DNA from: a virus
Length of the DNA: 64,000 nt
Reading direction: 5' to 3' (one strand)
IMG/VR virus record: IMGVR_UViG_3300045988_126140
Coordinates: 69,599-133,598 of that record
The notes below the pieces were generated by a model. The model saw only the letters and a program-made list of their open reading frames with translations, did no database searches and was not told where the DNA came from. Positions 54,348 to 61,670 of this stretch are shown here, in pieces. The first letter of the stretch is position 1; every line of letters starts with the position of its first letter. A program made the translations under genes and the position numbers.

Positions 54348-54416
54348 ATGAAATATGTATTAACATTTATGTTTATAAATTTAGTTGGTATAACAATGGG
54401 CTTTATATTATTTTAA
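54348..54416 (+). CDS. possible 22-aa hydrophobic peptide
   Basis: SD AAAGGGGTG 6 nt before the ATG. MKYVLTFMFINLVGITMGFILF. Too short to be confident. Confidence 0.3.
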   Translation: MKYVLTFMFINLVGITMGFILF

Positions 54417-54444
54417 TTGATTTTAAAAATAATTAATAAAACAG

Positions 54445-54473
54445 TTGATAAATTATAATAAACATCATATAAT
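54445..54473 (+). promoter_or_regulatory. sigma-A-type promoter
   Basis: TTGATA-17-TATAAT. Confidence 0.6.
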
Positions 54474-54501
54474 ATATATAAAATAAAAACAAGGGGGATA
54501 A

Positions 54502-54813
54502 ATGATAAATATGATAATAGAACCTATGAACTGTGCAGGGGGAAATGTAATCGAAAAAAATAAAGAAAGAATTAGAAATATAAAACTAGAAATACAAAGA
54601 GGTGGTATTTCGATAAATAATCTATATAGTAAATATAACTACGAAGGATTTAAAACTTTTTTATGTAACAATGTATTATTTGAAGATATACCAGATTCAG
54701 AAGTTATTAGGATATATAATTGTATAAACAAGGAGCAGTTTAAAGAATGGTATATGAGTAGAGGGACTAGAGGTGCGTATGATTTAATAGCATATTATAA
54801 AATTTATAAATAA
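54502..54813 (+). CDS. hypothetical protein
   Basis: 103 aa. SD AAGGGGGA. Start is 54502 or 54511. The stop lies in a 15-mer variant. Confidence 0.65.
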   Translation: MINMIIEPMNCAGGNVIEKNKERIRNIKLEIQRGGISINNLYSKYNYEGFKTFLCNNVLFEDIPDSEVIRIYNCINKEQFKEWYMSRGTRGAYDLIAYYKIYK

Positions 54814-54825
54814 TTAATAAAGATG

Positions 54826-54855
54826 TTGACAAAATAGTAAAGGATATGTTATACT
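54826..54855 (+). promoter_or_regulatory. sigma-A-type promoter
   Basis: TTGACA-18-TATACT with TG extension. Confidence 0.65.
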
Positions 54856-54892
54856 TAGTACATAAATAAAATAATAAAGGAGCTGATATAAT

Positions 54893-55234
54893 ATGAATAC
54901 AGATTTATATAACTTAAATAAAAATTATATATACAAAGGAGAACTTGTAACACTTGTGGATGAGTTTACAGGCGTAATAGAAGAAAATGGTAAAGAGAAA
55001 ATAATTTTACCATCACAAACTGAATGTTTAGGTTACAAAGTAGAAGAGTTTGAAGTAGGAAAACAATATGTATTTGATAAGAGATTAATATCAAAACATC
55101 TAGGAGAATTGAGTGGATGGCAAATAGAAATAGATGGTAAACCAGTCAAAGTTGAAAATAAAAAAAATGGTTATTGTTTCAATGATAAAGGTGAATTGTA
55201 TATGGTATTTGCGAGTTGGTGTAAAGAAGTATAA
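54893..55234 (+). CDS. hypothetical protein
   Basis: 113 aa. SD AAGGAG. The C-terminal ..ASWCKEV resembles the C-terminus of 56452..57063. Confidence 0.65.
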   Translation: MNTDLYNLNKNYIYKGELVTLVDEFTGVIEENGKEKIILPSQTECLGYKVEEFEVGKQYVFDKRLISKHLGELSGWQIEIDGKPVKVENKKNGYCFNDKGELYMVFASWCKEV

Positions 55235-55272
55235 TATAATATACAAAAGATAAAATAAGGGGGAAATTGAAT

Positions 55273-55470
55273 ATGAAATTAATAGAAGCATTTCAAATAG
55301 TTACTGATTCTATAGAAGACGATATAAAATTTTGTAAGGAAATTAACAATGACTTTGACGATGAGTTTCTACATGAAGTTATTGATTTCTTAGAAACAAG
55401 ATGCGATGTATTGAATCGTGCTGAACAAAGGGAGAGAAAATGGAATCAACGTAGAAATTTAGAAAAATAA
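55273..55470 (+). CDS. hypothetical protein
   Basis: ATG 55273 after AAGGGGGA. 65 aa. The stop lies in the 15-mer. Confidence 0.6.
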   Translation: MKLIEAFQIVTDSIEDDIKFCKEINNDFDDEFLHEVIDFLETRCDVLNRAEQRERKWNQRRNLEK

Positions 55471-55492
55471 TTAATAAAAAAGGGGGATTAAA

Positions 55493-56269
55493 ATGGGGAA
55501 AGTAATAGATAGAACAGGAGAAAAGAATTATAATACATTTGGAAGTAAAATGATAATAGCGAATTATAATGGATGTATGGATATTGATATATATTTCCCA
55601 AAGTATGATTGGACTTTTAAAAATGCAAAATATCAACATTTTAAAAATGGAGATATAAAATGTCCTTATGATAGAAGTATATATGGTGTTGGTTACATTG
55701 GTGAGGGTAATTATAAGGTAAGTGAAAATCGCAAACTAACTAAAGTTTATAGCACTTGGCAAAGCATGTTACAAAGATGTTATTCTGAAAAATTTCAAGA
55801 GAAACATCCTACATATATTACTTGTGAAGCATCTGAAGAATGGCATAATTTTCAAAACTTTGCTAAATGGTACAATGAGAATTACTATGAAATTGAAGGC
55901 GAAAGAATGGATTTAGATAAAGATATTTTAGTAAAGCACAATAAAATATATTCTCCAGAGACTTGTATATTTGTACCACAAACTATTAACAAATTATTTG
56001 TTAGATGCGATAGAAGTAGAGGTGAATCAGTTATAGGTACAACTCCTGTAAATGGTAAATATCAAGTAAAATGTTATTTACTTAATCCTAAAACAGGAAA
56101 ATCTAAAAATGAATATTTAGGCTATTATGATAGTCAAGAAAAAGCATTTGAGGTATACAAATACTATAAAGAAAAGAATATAAAAGAAGTCGCTGATTAT
56201 TTTAAAGATGAAATTCCAGTTAAACTTTATAACGCTTTATATTCATATGAAGTTGAAATTACAGATTAA
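55493..56269 (+). CDS. HNH_3-like/AP2-like homing-endonuclease-family protein, paralog 4 of 6
   Basis: Same blocks. 111 nt (55658..55768) are identical to 47501..47611 in paralog 1. Confidence 0.55.
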   Translation: MGKVIDRTGEKNYNTFGSKMIIANYNGCMDIDIYFPKYDWTFKNAKYQHFKNGDIKCPYDRSIYGVGYIGEGNYKVSENRKLTKVYSTWQSMLQRCYSEKFQEKHPTYITCEASEEWHNFQNFAKWYNENYYEIEGERMDLDKDILVKHNKIYSPETCIFVPQTINKLFVRCDRSRGESVIGTTPVNGKYQVKCYLLNPKTGKSKNEYLGYYDSQEKAFEVYKYYKEKNIKEVADYFKDEIPVKLYNALYSYEVEITD

Positions 56270-56297
56270 TAATAATGTATAAAGGAGGTTATATAAT

Positions 56298-56435
56298 ATG
56301 AAACATTTATTTAAATTTATATTATTATTGTTAATTTATGGAGTTTTATTTGAAACATTCGGAGTAAAAAGTTTTGATGGTAAGTGGTTAATTATGACTA
56401 TTTGTGTTACATTGACATATATGTTAGGTAATTAA
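56298..56435 (+). CDS. small membrane protein (45 aa)
   Basis: Not in the ORF track. SD AAAGGAGG and two hydrophobic segments. Confidence 0.45.
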   Translation: MKHLFKFILLLLIYGVLFETFGVKSFDGKWLIMTICVTLTYMLGN

Positions 56436-56451
56436 TAAAGGAGGAGAAAAT

Positions 56452-57063
56452 ATGTTAGATAAATTTAATTTAGAATCATTATATATATTTAATAAAAACA
56501 AATACAAAGTCTACAATGGTACAATTCCTAATTGGGTTGAAATATGTCACGGATTAATAGTTGAAGTGGAAAACGAATATATAGGTAATATTAAAGTAGA
56601 AGGCGAAGAGTACGTTGTATTTCCTTATAGTTGTAATAAAATAGAAGTAGATGTTAAATCCGCAGAAACAGAAAATGTATATGGAAATGATATTATAAAT
56701 GACGTTATAGGAACAATACAAACAAAATCAAGTTTTCAAGGTGGTAAACCTAAAGAATTTGAAGGAAAAATATTTTTTGGTATAGATAAAAATGATATTT
56801 GGACAGACGCAGGATTTTCATTATTAGATAATTTAGAAGATAAATCTATAAATAATCACTCAAAAGAACTTACATTTAATGTAAATAAGAAATATTATTT
56901 TGATGTGAATTTAGTTGATAAAAAAGACATAAAAGATTGGATGTATAAATGTAGTGGAGTTAATGTCGATGTAGCTGATGTAAATAAAGGATTTGTTTTA
57001 GATTCGTGGGAAGATGAATATCATGTTGTAGTTAGAAAATGGTGTAAGTTGAAAAATAATTAA
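56452..57063 (+). CDS. hypothetical protein
   Basis: 203 aa. SD AAGGAGG. The stop lies inside the 15-mer (..LKNN*). Confidence 0.7.
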   Translation: MLDKFNLESLYIFNKNKYKVYNGTIPNWVEICHGLIVEVENEYIGNIKVEGEEYVVFPYSCNKIEVDVKSAETENVYGNDIINDVIGTIQTKSSFQGGKPKEFEGKIFFGIDKNDIWTDAGFSLLDNLEDKSINNHSKELTFNVNKKYYFDVNLVDKKDIKDWMYKCSGVNVDVADVNKGFVLDSWEDEYHVVVRKWCKLKNN

Positions 57064-57121
57064 TAAACTTATTGACGAATAATATTGAAAACTAAATAAT
57101 TAATAAAAAGGAGGAGAAAAT

Positions 57122-57904
57122 ATGAGTGAAAAAACAATAGGTAGAACAGGTGAAACAGCTTATAATAAATTTGGAAGCGAGATGATAATTATTGATTATA
57201 AAGGATGTATGGACGTAGATGTTTATTTTCCAGAATATAATTGGACCTTTAAAAATGCACATTATAGTAGTTTTAAAAAAGGAAATATTAAATGCCCTTA
57301 TGAGAGGAGATATTATGAAGTTGGATATTTAGGAGAAGGAAAATATAAAGTAAGTGAAAATGGTAAACATACCAAAGTTTACCAAACATGGCACGATATG
57401 TTGAGAAGATGCTATGACGAAAAAAGTCTTAAAAGAAATCCTACTTATATAGGCTGTAAGGTAGATAAAGAGTTTCATAATTTTCAAGAATATGGAGAAT
57501 GGAGCGAAGATAACTATTATGAAATAAAAGAAGAAAAGATGTGTCTTGACAAAGACATATTAGTTAAACATAATAAAATCTACTCACCAGAAACCTGTAT
57601 ATTTGTACCGCAAAGAATAAATACTTTATTTACAAAAAGAGATAGTAAAAGAGGAAATAATCCAATAGGTGTTTCAGATTATATAAATGGTAAGTATGTA
57701 GCACAATGTCATATAATTAATCCCGAAACAGGAAAATCAAAATATGAATGTTTAGGTGTTTATGAAACTCAACTTAAAGCTTTTGAGGTGTATAAAGAAT
57801 TTAAAGAGAAAAATATCAGACAAGTAGCTGACTATTACTTTGGTTTAATCCCTAACAAACTATACAATACTTTATATAATTATGAAGTTGAGATAACAGA
57901 TTAA
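57122..57904 (+). CDS. HNH_3-like/AP2-like homing-endonuclease-family protein, paralog 5 of 6
   Basis: Same blocks. 65 nt (57239..57303) are identical to 63936..64000 in paralog 6. Confidence 0.55.
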   Translation: MSEKTIGRTGETAYNKFGSEMIIIDYKGCMDVDVYFPEYNWTFKNAHYSSFKKGNIKCPYERRYYEVGYLGEGKYKVSENGKHTKVYQTWHDMLRRCYDEKSLKRNPTYIGCKVDKEFHNFQEYGEWSEDNYYEIKEEKMCLDKDILVKHNKIYSPETCIFVPQRINTLFTKRDSKRGNNPIGVSDYINGKYVAQCHIINPETGKSKYECLGVYETQLKAFEVYKEFKEKNIRQVADYYFGLIPNKLYNTLYNYEVEITD

Positions 57905-57933
57905 AAATAATTAATAAAATTTATTAGAAGGTA

Positions 57934-57962
57934 TTGACTTTCTAGTAAATACTTTATATAAT
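57934..57962 (+). promoter_or_regulatory. sigma-A-type promoter
   Basis: TTGACT-17-TATAAT, upstream of the first sigma gene. Confidence 0.7.
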
Positions 57963-57995
57963 ATGTAGTATAAGATAAACAAAGGGGGAGAAAAT

Positions 57996-58586
57996 ATGAA
58001 AGAAAAAATTTCAAATGAACAAGGAAGATTGATGATAAAAATAACAAAGGGGATATGGAATAAACGATTTAAAACATTCTCTCTATTTAAAGACGATATG
58101 CAATCATATGCTTATATGCAAATGTGTAGTGCTATAAAAAGATATGATGAAAGCAAAAATGTTTCATTAAATACTTATCTCAATGCTATTGCATGGAAGA
58201 GCATGACAAAATATGTGAGAGACTTTGTATATAAAAATAAAGGTAAAGTTATTTCTGCTGAAGGAATATATACAATGAATGATACATCACTGGATTGTAG
58301 AAAGGAATATAATAAAATAATTAGTCATTTTCTTAAGGAAGATATCAACTATGAAAATATTGAAAAACAAGAGTTTATAGATAAATTTAATAATATAGTT
58401 GAAGAGAGAAATAAACATACGAGCCGAAAAATAAATTTAGATGAACTACATTTCATAATTAATAAACTATATGAAGGTTACAATAAATGCGAAATCAGCA
58501 AAATGTTAGGAGTAAGTAGTACAAATGTTAATAAAAAAGTAAATAGAATAAGAGATATAATTACAGAAATAAAAAATAATGAATAA
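57996..58586 (+). CDS. sigma-70-family sigma factor (small, ECF/group-5 size), paralog 1
   Basis: Region-2-like ..YDESKNVSLNTYLNAIAWKSMTKYVRD.. and region-4 HTH ..CEISKMLGVSSTNVNKKVNRIRDII.. 196 aa. Confidence 0.65.
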   Translation: MKEKISNEQGRLMIKITKGIWNKRFKTFSLFKDDMQSYAYMQMCSAIKRYDESKNVSLNTYLNAIAWKSMTKYVRDFVYKNKGKVISAEGIYTMNDTSLDCRKEYNKIISHFLKEDINYENIEKQEFIDKFNNIVEERNKHTSRKINLDELHFIINKLYEGYNKCEISKMLGVSSTNVNKKVNRIRDIITEIKNNE

Positions 58587-58591
58587 AGCAA

Positions 58592-58621
58592 TTGGCAAAG
58601 ATAGTTTGGTTATGTTGTACT
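58592..58621 (+). promoter_or_regulatory. weak sigma-A-type promoter
   Basis: TTGGCA-18-TGTACT. Confidence 0.35.
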
Positions 58622-58651
58622 TAATATATAAAATAAAGAGAGGTGATAAAT

Positions 58652-58858
58652 ATGAAAACATTAAAATTAACAGACCAAGAGCTAGAAACGTTAATATTGA
58701 TATTGAGTGAAGCTAAAGTATGTCTATCTGGTTGTATTGTTGAAGAATATCAAGACGAAGATTTTGATTGCGAGGATTGTCCATTTGAGCAAAGTAAATG
58801 GGATATTTGGGAAAAACTAATGGAGATTAACTGTGAAGACGACCCAGCTTATAAATAA
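58652..58858 (+). CDS. hypothetical Cys-containing acidic protein
   Basis: ATG 58652 after AGAGGTG. 68 aa. The stop abuts the 15-mer. Confidence 0.6.
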   Translation: MKTLKLTDQELETLILILSEAKVCLSGCIVEEYQDEDFDCEDCPFEQSKWDIWEKLMEINCEDDPAYK

Positions 58859-58897
58859 AAATAATTAATAAACTAATGGATAATAGGGGGATAAGTT

Positions 58898-59470
58898 ATG
58901 AATAAAACAATGATAAGTGATACAGAATATATAAATTTATCTTTAGAATTAACAGGAAAAATTTACAACAAAAATTATAATGGGTTTTCTTCTATTAAAG
59001 AGGATATGATTCAACATTCGTTACTGGAACTTTGGAAATCTAGAAATAAATTTGATGAGTCTAAAGGGGATATTAAAAAATTTATTTGTGCAATTATATA
59101 CAATTCATACAATGTATATTTAAGAAACACTTATTATAAAGATAAAGATATGCTTACATCTATGGATGTTAATATATCTGACGATGGAAAAGAAGAGACT
59201 ACTCTATTAGATACCATAGGAAAAATAGATTTGAAATATAAAGATATTGAATATATGGAATTATTAAAAGAATTTGATGATGTAATTGCAATGCGTAATT
59301 TGGGGAAATACAATAAGATTAATGCAGAAGAATTACATATAATCATGAATATGTTGATGGATGGATACAAACAAAATGAAATATCTAAAACATTAAATGT
59401 AAGCAGTGTGACAATTAATAAAAAAATTAATTTAATCAAGGACGTAATAAAAGAAATTAAAAATAACTAA
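58898..59470 (+). CDS. sigma-70-family sigma factor (small), paralog 2
   Basis: Collinear with 57996..58586 (..FDESKGDIKKFICAIIYNSYNVYLRN.. / ..NEISKTLNVSSVTINKKINLIKDVI..). 190 aa. Confidence 0.65.
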   Translation: MNKTMISDTEYINLSLELTGKIYNKNYNGFSSIKEDMIQHSLLELWKSRNKFDESKGDIKKFICAIIYNSYNVYLRNTYYKDKDMLTSMDVNISDDGKEETTLLDTIGKIDLKYKDIEYMELLKEFDDVIAMRNLGKYNKINAEELHIIMNMLMDGYKQNEISKTLNVSSVTINKKINLIKDVIKEIKNN

Positions 59471-59486
59471 TAAAGGAGAGATAAAT

Positions 59487-60203
59487 ATGAGAAAAATAAG
59501 TCAAGAAGAATTAAATAAAATATTAAAGGAACATGAATTATGGTTAAAAGGAGAAGGAAGAAAATGTGCTGATTTAAGCAATGCTAATTTGAGAGGCATT
59601 AATTTAAGTAATGTTGATTTAACGGGTGCTAATTTGAATAATGCTGATTTAAATAATGCCGACTTAAGCAATACTGACTTTAGCAATGTTAATTTAAGAT
59701 GTGCTAATTTAGAAGACGCTAATTTGAGAGGTGCTACTTTAGTACATACTGATTTAAGATGTACTACTTTAATACGAGCTGATTTAACATCTGCTAATTT
59801 AAGCAATGCTAATTTAAGTAGTGCTAATTTATCCAATGCTGATTTAAAAGATATAAAAACAAATATTCATACTATTGGTTATAATTTAGCTTGTCCAGAA
59901 AAAGGTAGTTTTATAGGATATAAGAAAGCTGGTGGATGTCTAATCGAATTATTGATATTAGAAGATGCTAAAAGAAGTAGTGCAACTACTGCAAAATGTA
60001 GATGTGATAAAGCTAAAGTATTAGATATAGAAAATATTGAAACAGAAGAGAAAATAACTAAGATAAATAGTAACCATGATAGTAATTTTATATATAGAGT
60101 TGGAGAAATAGTACATGTGGATAATTTTGATAATAATAGATGGAATGAATGTAGTACTGGAATACATTTCTTTATAAATAAAGAAAATGCAATAAATTAT
60201 TAA
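59487..60203 (+). CDS. pentapeptide-repeat protein with distinct C-terminal domain
   Basis: About 20 consecutive A(D/N)LxX pentapeptides (CADLSNANLRGINLSNVDLTGANLNNADL..). C-terminal ~110 aa globular part ends ..NRWNECSTGIHFF.. Confidence 0.8.
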   Translation: MRKISQEELNKILKEHELWLKGEGRKCADLSNANLRGINLSNVDLTGANLNNADLNNADLSNTDFSNVNLRCANLEDANLRGATLVHTDLRCTTLIRADLTSANLSNANLSSANLSNADLKDIKTNIHTIGYNLACPEKGSFIGYKKAGGCLIELLILEDAKRSSATTAKCRCDKAKVLDIENIETEEKITKINSNHDSNFIYRVGEIVHVDNFDNNRWNECSTGIHFFINKENAINY

Positions 60204-60236
60204 TAAGACATTGAAGTAAAAATAATTAATAAAGTA

Positions 60237-60265
60237 TTGACTTTTATCCAAAAAAGTTATATAAT
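60237..60265 (+). promoter_or_regulatory. sigma-A-type promoter
   Basis: TTGACT-17-TATAAT. Confidence 0.7.
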
Positions 60266-60290
60266 TATAAGTATAAGGAGGATTGATATT

Positions 60291-60461
60291 ATGTTTAACA
60301 TTAACGATTGGATTTATTACCGACCAAAGAAAGGTAAAAGAAAAGAAAAAGTAAAGGTTATAGGGGTTACTTATGACTTGACTAACTTTAAGTATATACT
60401 AGAAACTAAAGACGAAAGAGTTATCGAGAATGTATCTGTTACTCAATTAAGCGATAGATAA
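60291..60461 (+). CDS. hypothetical small basic protein (56 aa)
   Basis: ATG 60291 after AAGGAGG; the track TTG at 60237 is the promoter -35. The stop abuts the 15-mer. Confidence 0.6.
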   Translation: MFNINDWIYYRPKKGKRKEKVKVIGVTYDLTNFKYILETKDERVIENVSVTQLSDR

Positions 60462-60489
60462 AAATAATTAATAAAAGGAGAGATGAATT

Positions 60490-60669
60490 ATGATGGAAGA
60501 ATTAATAGAAAAAATGGAAAGATTGGAAGAGTTAGTAATAAATACTATATGTGATAGTCAAAGTATATGCAATTATTTTTGTAATGATTGCGATGTGCAT
60601 AAAGATATAAATGAAATAAAAGAAGAATTTGAGGATTTAAAACAGTTATTAGAATTATCAAATATGTAA
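60490..60669 (+). CDS. hypothetical small protein (59 aa)
   Basis: Not in the ORF track. SD AAGGAGAG. Central CDSQSICNYFCNDC. Confidence 0.5.
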   Translation: MMEELIEKMERLEELVINTICDSQSICNYFCNDCDVHKDINEIKEEFEDLKQLLELSNM

Positions 60670-60695
60670 AAATAATTAATGAAGGAAGTGATAAC

Positions 60696-61448
60696 TTGGA
60701 AGAATTAGAAACAAAAGATGTTATAATAATAAAAATGGAAAAAGAAAAAATAGTAAAACAAGTAATAAAACCACCCTTCATTTTTGAAACAAACCAAAAT
60801 TCAATAGTCATTCCAACTAAAGAATTGATAAAAATGAAGGATAGTGACTTTAGAGTTTTACTTGGAATAAGTGGATTAACTAATTGTGAAGATGTAGAGC
60901 AAGAAGGTAATAATGCTAGATACATAGATTTAAAGAAATTAGATAAGTATGTTATAGATTTGACCAAAACTATAGGTATAGATATATCTAATTTTAATAA
61001 AAAAATTAGAACAATGTTAAGAAAAAATTCAGATGAATTTAAACTGATACAATATATAAACGATAAAGGAAATAAAGTAAATTGTTATGAGATTAATTAT
61101 GAAAGTGGTGGATTTGTAACAATACCTAAAGCTAAAGCTGAAAGAGCCTTGTTAACATTAGGAAATAATCCTATTAAAATGTATTGCAATTTATTATGGT
61201 TGTGTCAATTTGAAGGTAAATTTAAACCTACTCATGTTACACAACCAACATTAGCTACATTAATGGGATTAAGTCCTAATAGTGAAAGAATAGTTAAGGC
61301 TAGTATGCAGACATTAATAAATGAAGACTTTATAGAGGTAAATAAGATTAAACAAGCAGTTACAGTTATAGATAAAAATGGATTACCTGTAACACAAACT
61401 AGAACTAAACTAGAGTATAATATAATAGTAGAAGAAGAAAATTTTTAA
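60696..61448 (+). CDS. hypothetical protein with winged-helix-like C-terminal half (replication-organizer-like?)
   Basis: TTG start after GAAGGAAG. ..THVTQPTLATLMGLSPNSERIVKASMQTLINEDFIEV.. looks wHTH-like. Confidence 0.4.
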   Translation: MEELETKDVIIIKMEKEKIVKQVIKPPFIFETNQNSIVIPTKELIKMKDSDFRVLLGISGLTNCEDVEQEGNNARYIDLKKLDKYVIDLTKTIGIDISNFNKKIRTMLRKNSDEFKLIQYINDKGNKVNCYEINYESGGFVTIPKAKAERALLTLGNNPIKMYCNLLWLCQFEGKFKPTHVTQPTLATLMGLSPNSERIVKASMQTLINEDFIEVNKIKQAVTVIDKNGLPVTQTRTKLEYNIIVEEENF

Positions 61449-61670
61449 GCGTAAATTGAAGTGAAACTGAAAATTTACTCTATAATAATCTATAATAATA
61501 TCTATAAGTACTCTATAATAACATCGCACTTTTATATGGTGGTGGGTGGAATTTAGGTAGGGTAAAAATGGAAAAAAGTAATAGCTGAATGGTAAAATTT
61601 GCCTAACTGTTGAAATTACTAGCTTTAAGGAATATAATTAAAAATAATTAATAAAATAGGAGGAGATATT

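Noticed and set aside
39642-57076. TTGACA-like boxes at 39642, 43640, 47285 (TTGGCA) and 57071 (TTGACG) as promoters.
   Set aside because: No acceptable -10 hexamer lies 16-19 nt downstream. The spacer runs into the 15-mer or the SD. They look like promoter-derived sequence blocks rather than active promoters.
2957-61655. The 15-mer explained as ordinary AT-rich low complexity, as an UP element only, or as a terminator.
   Set aside because: The copies are exact 15/15 matches and their orientation strictly follows transcription. Many copies have no promoter downstream and abut the SD directly. The motif has no dyad symmetry or U-tract.
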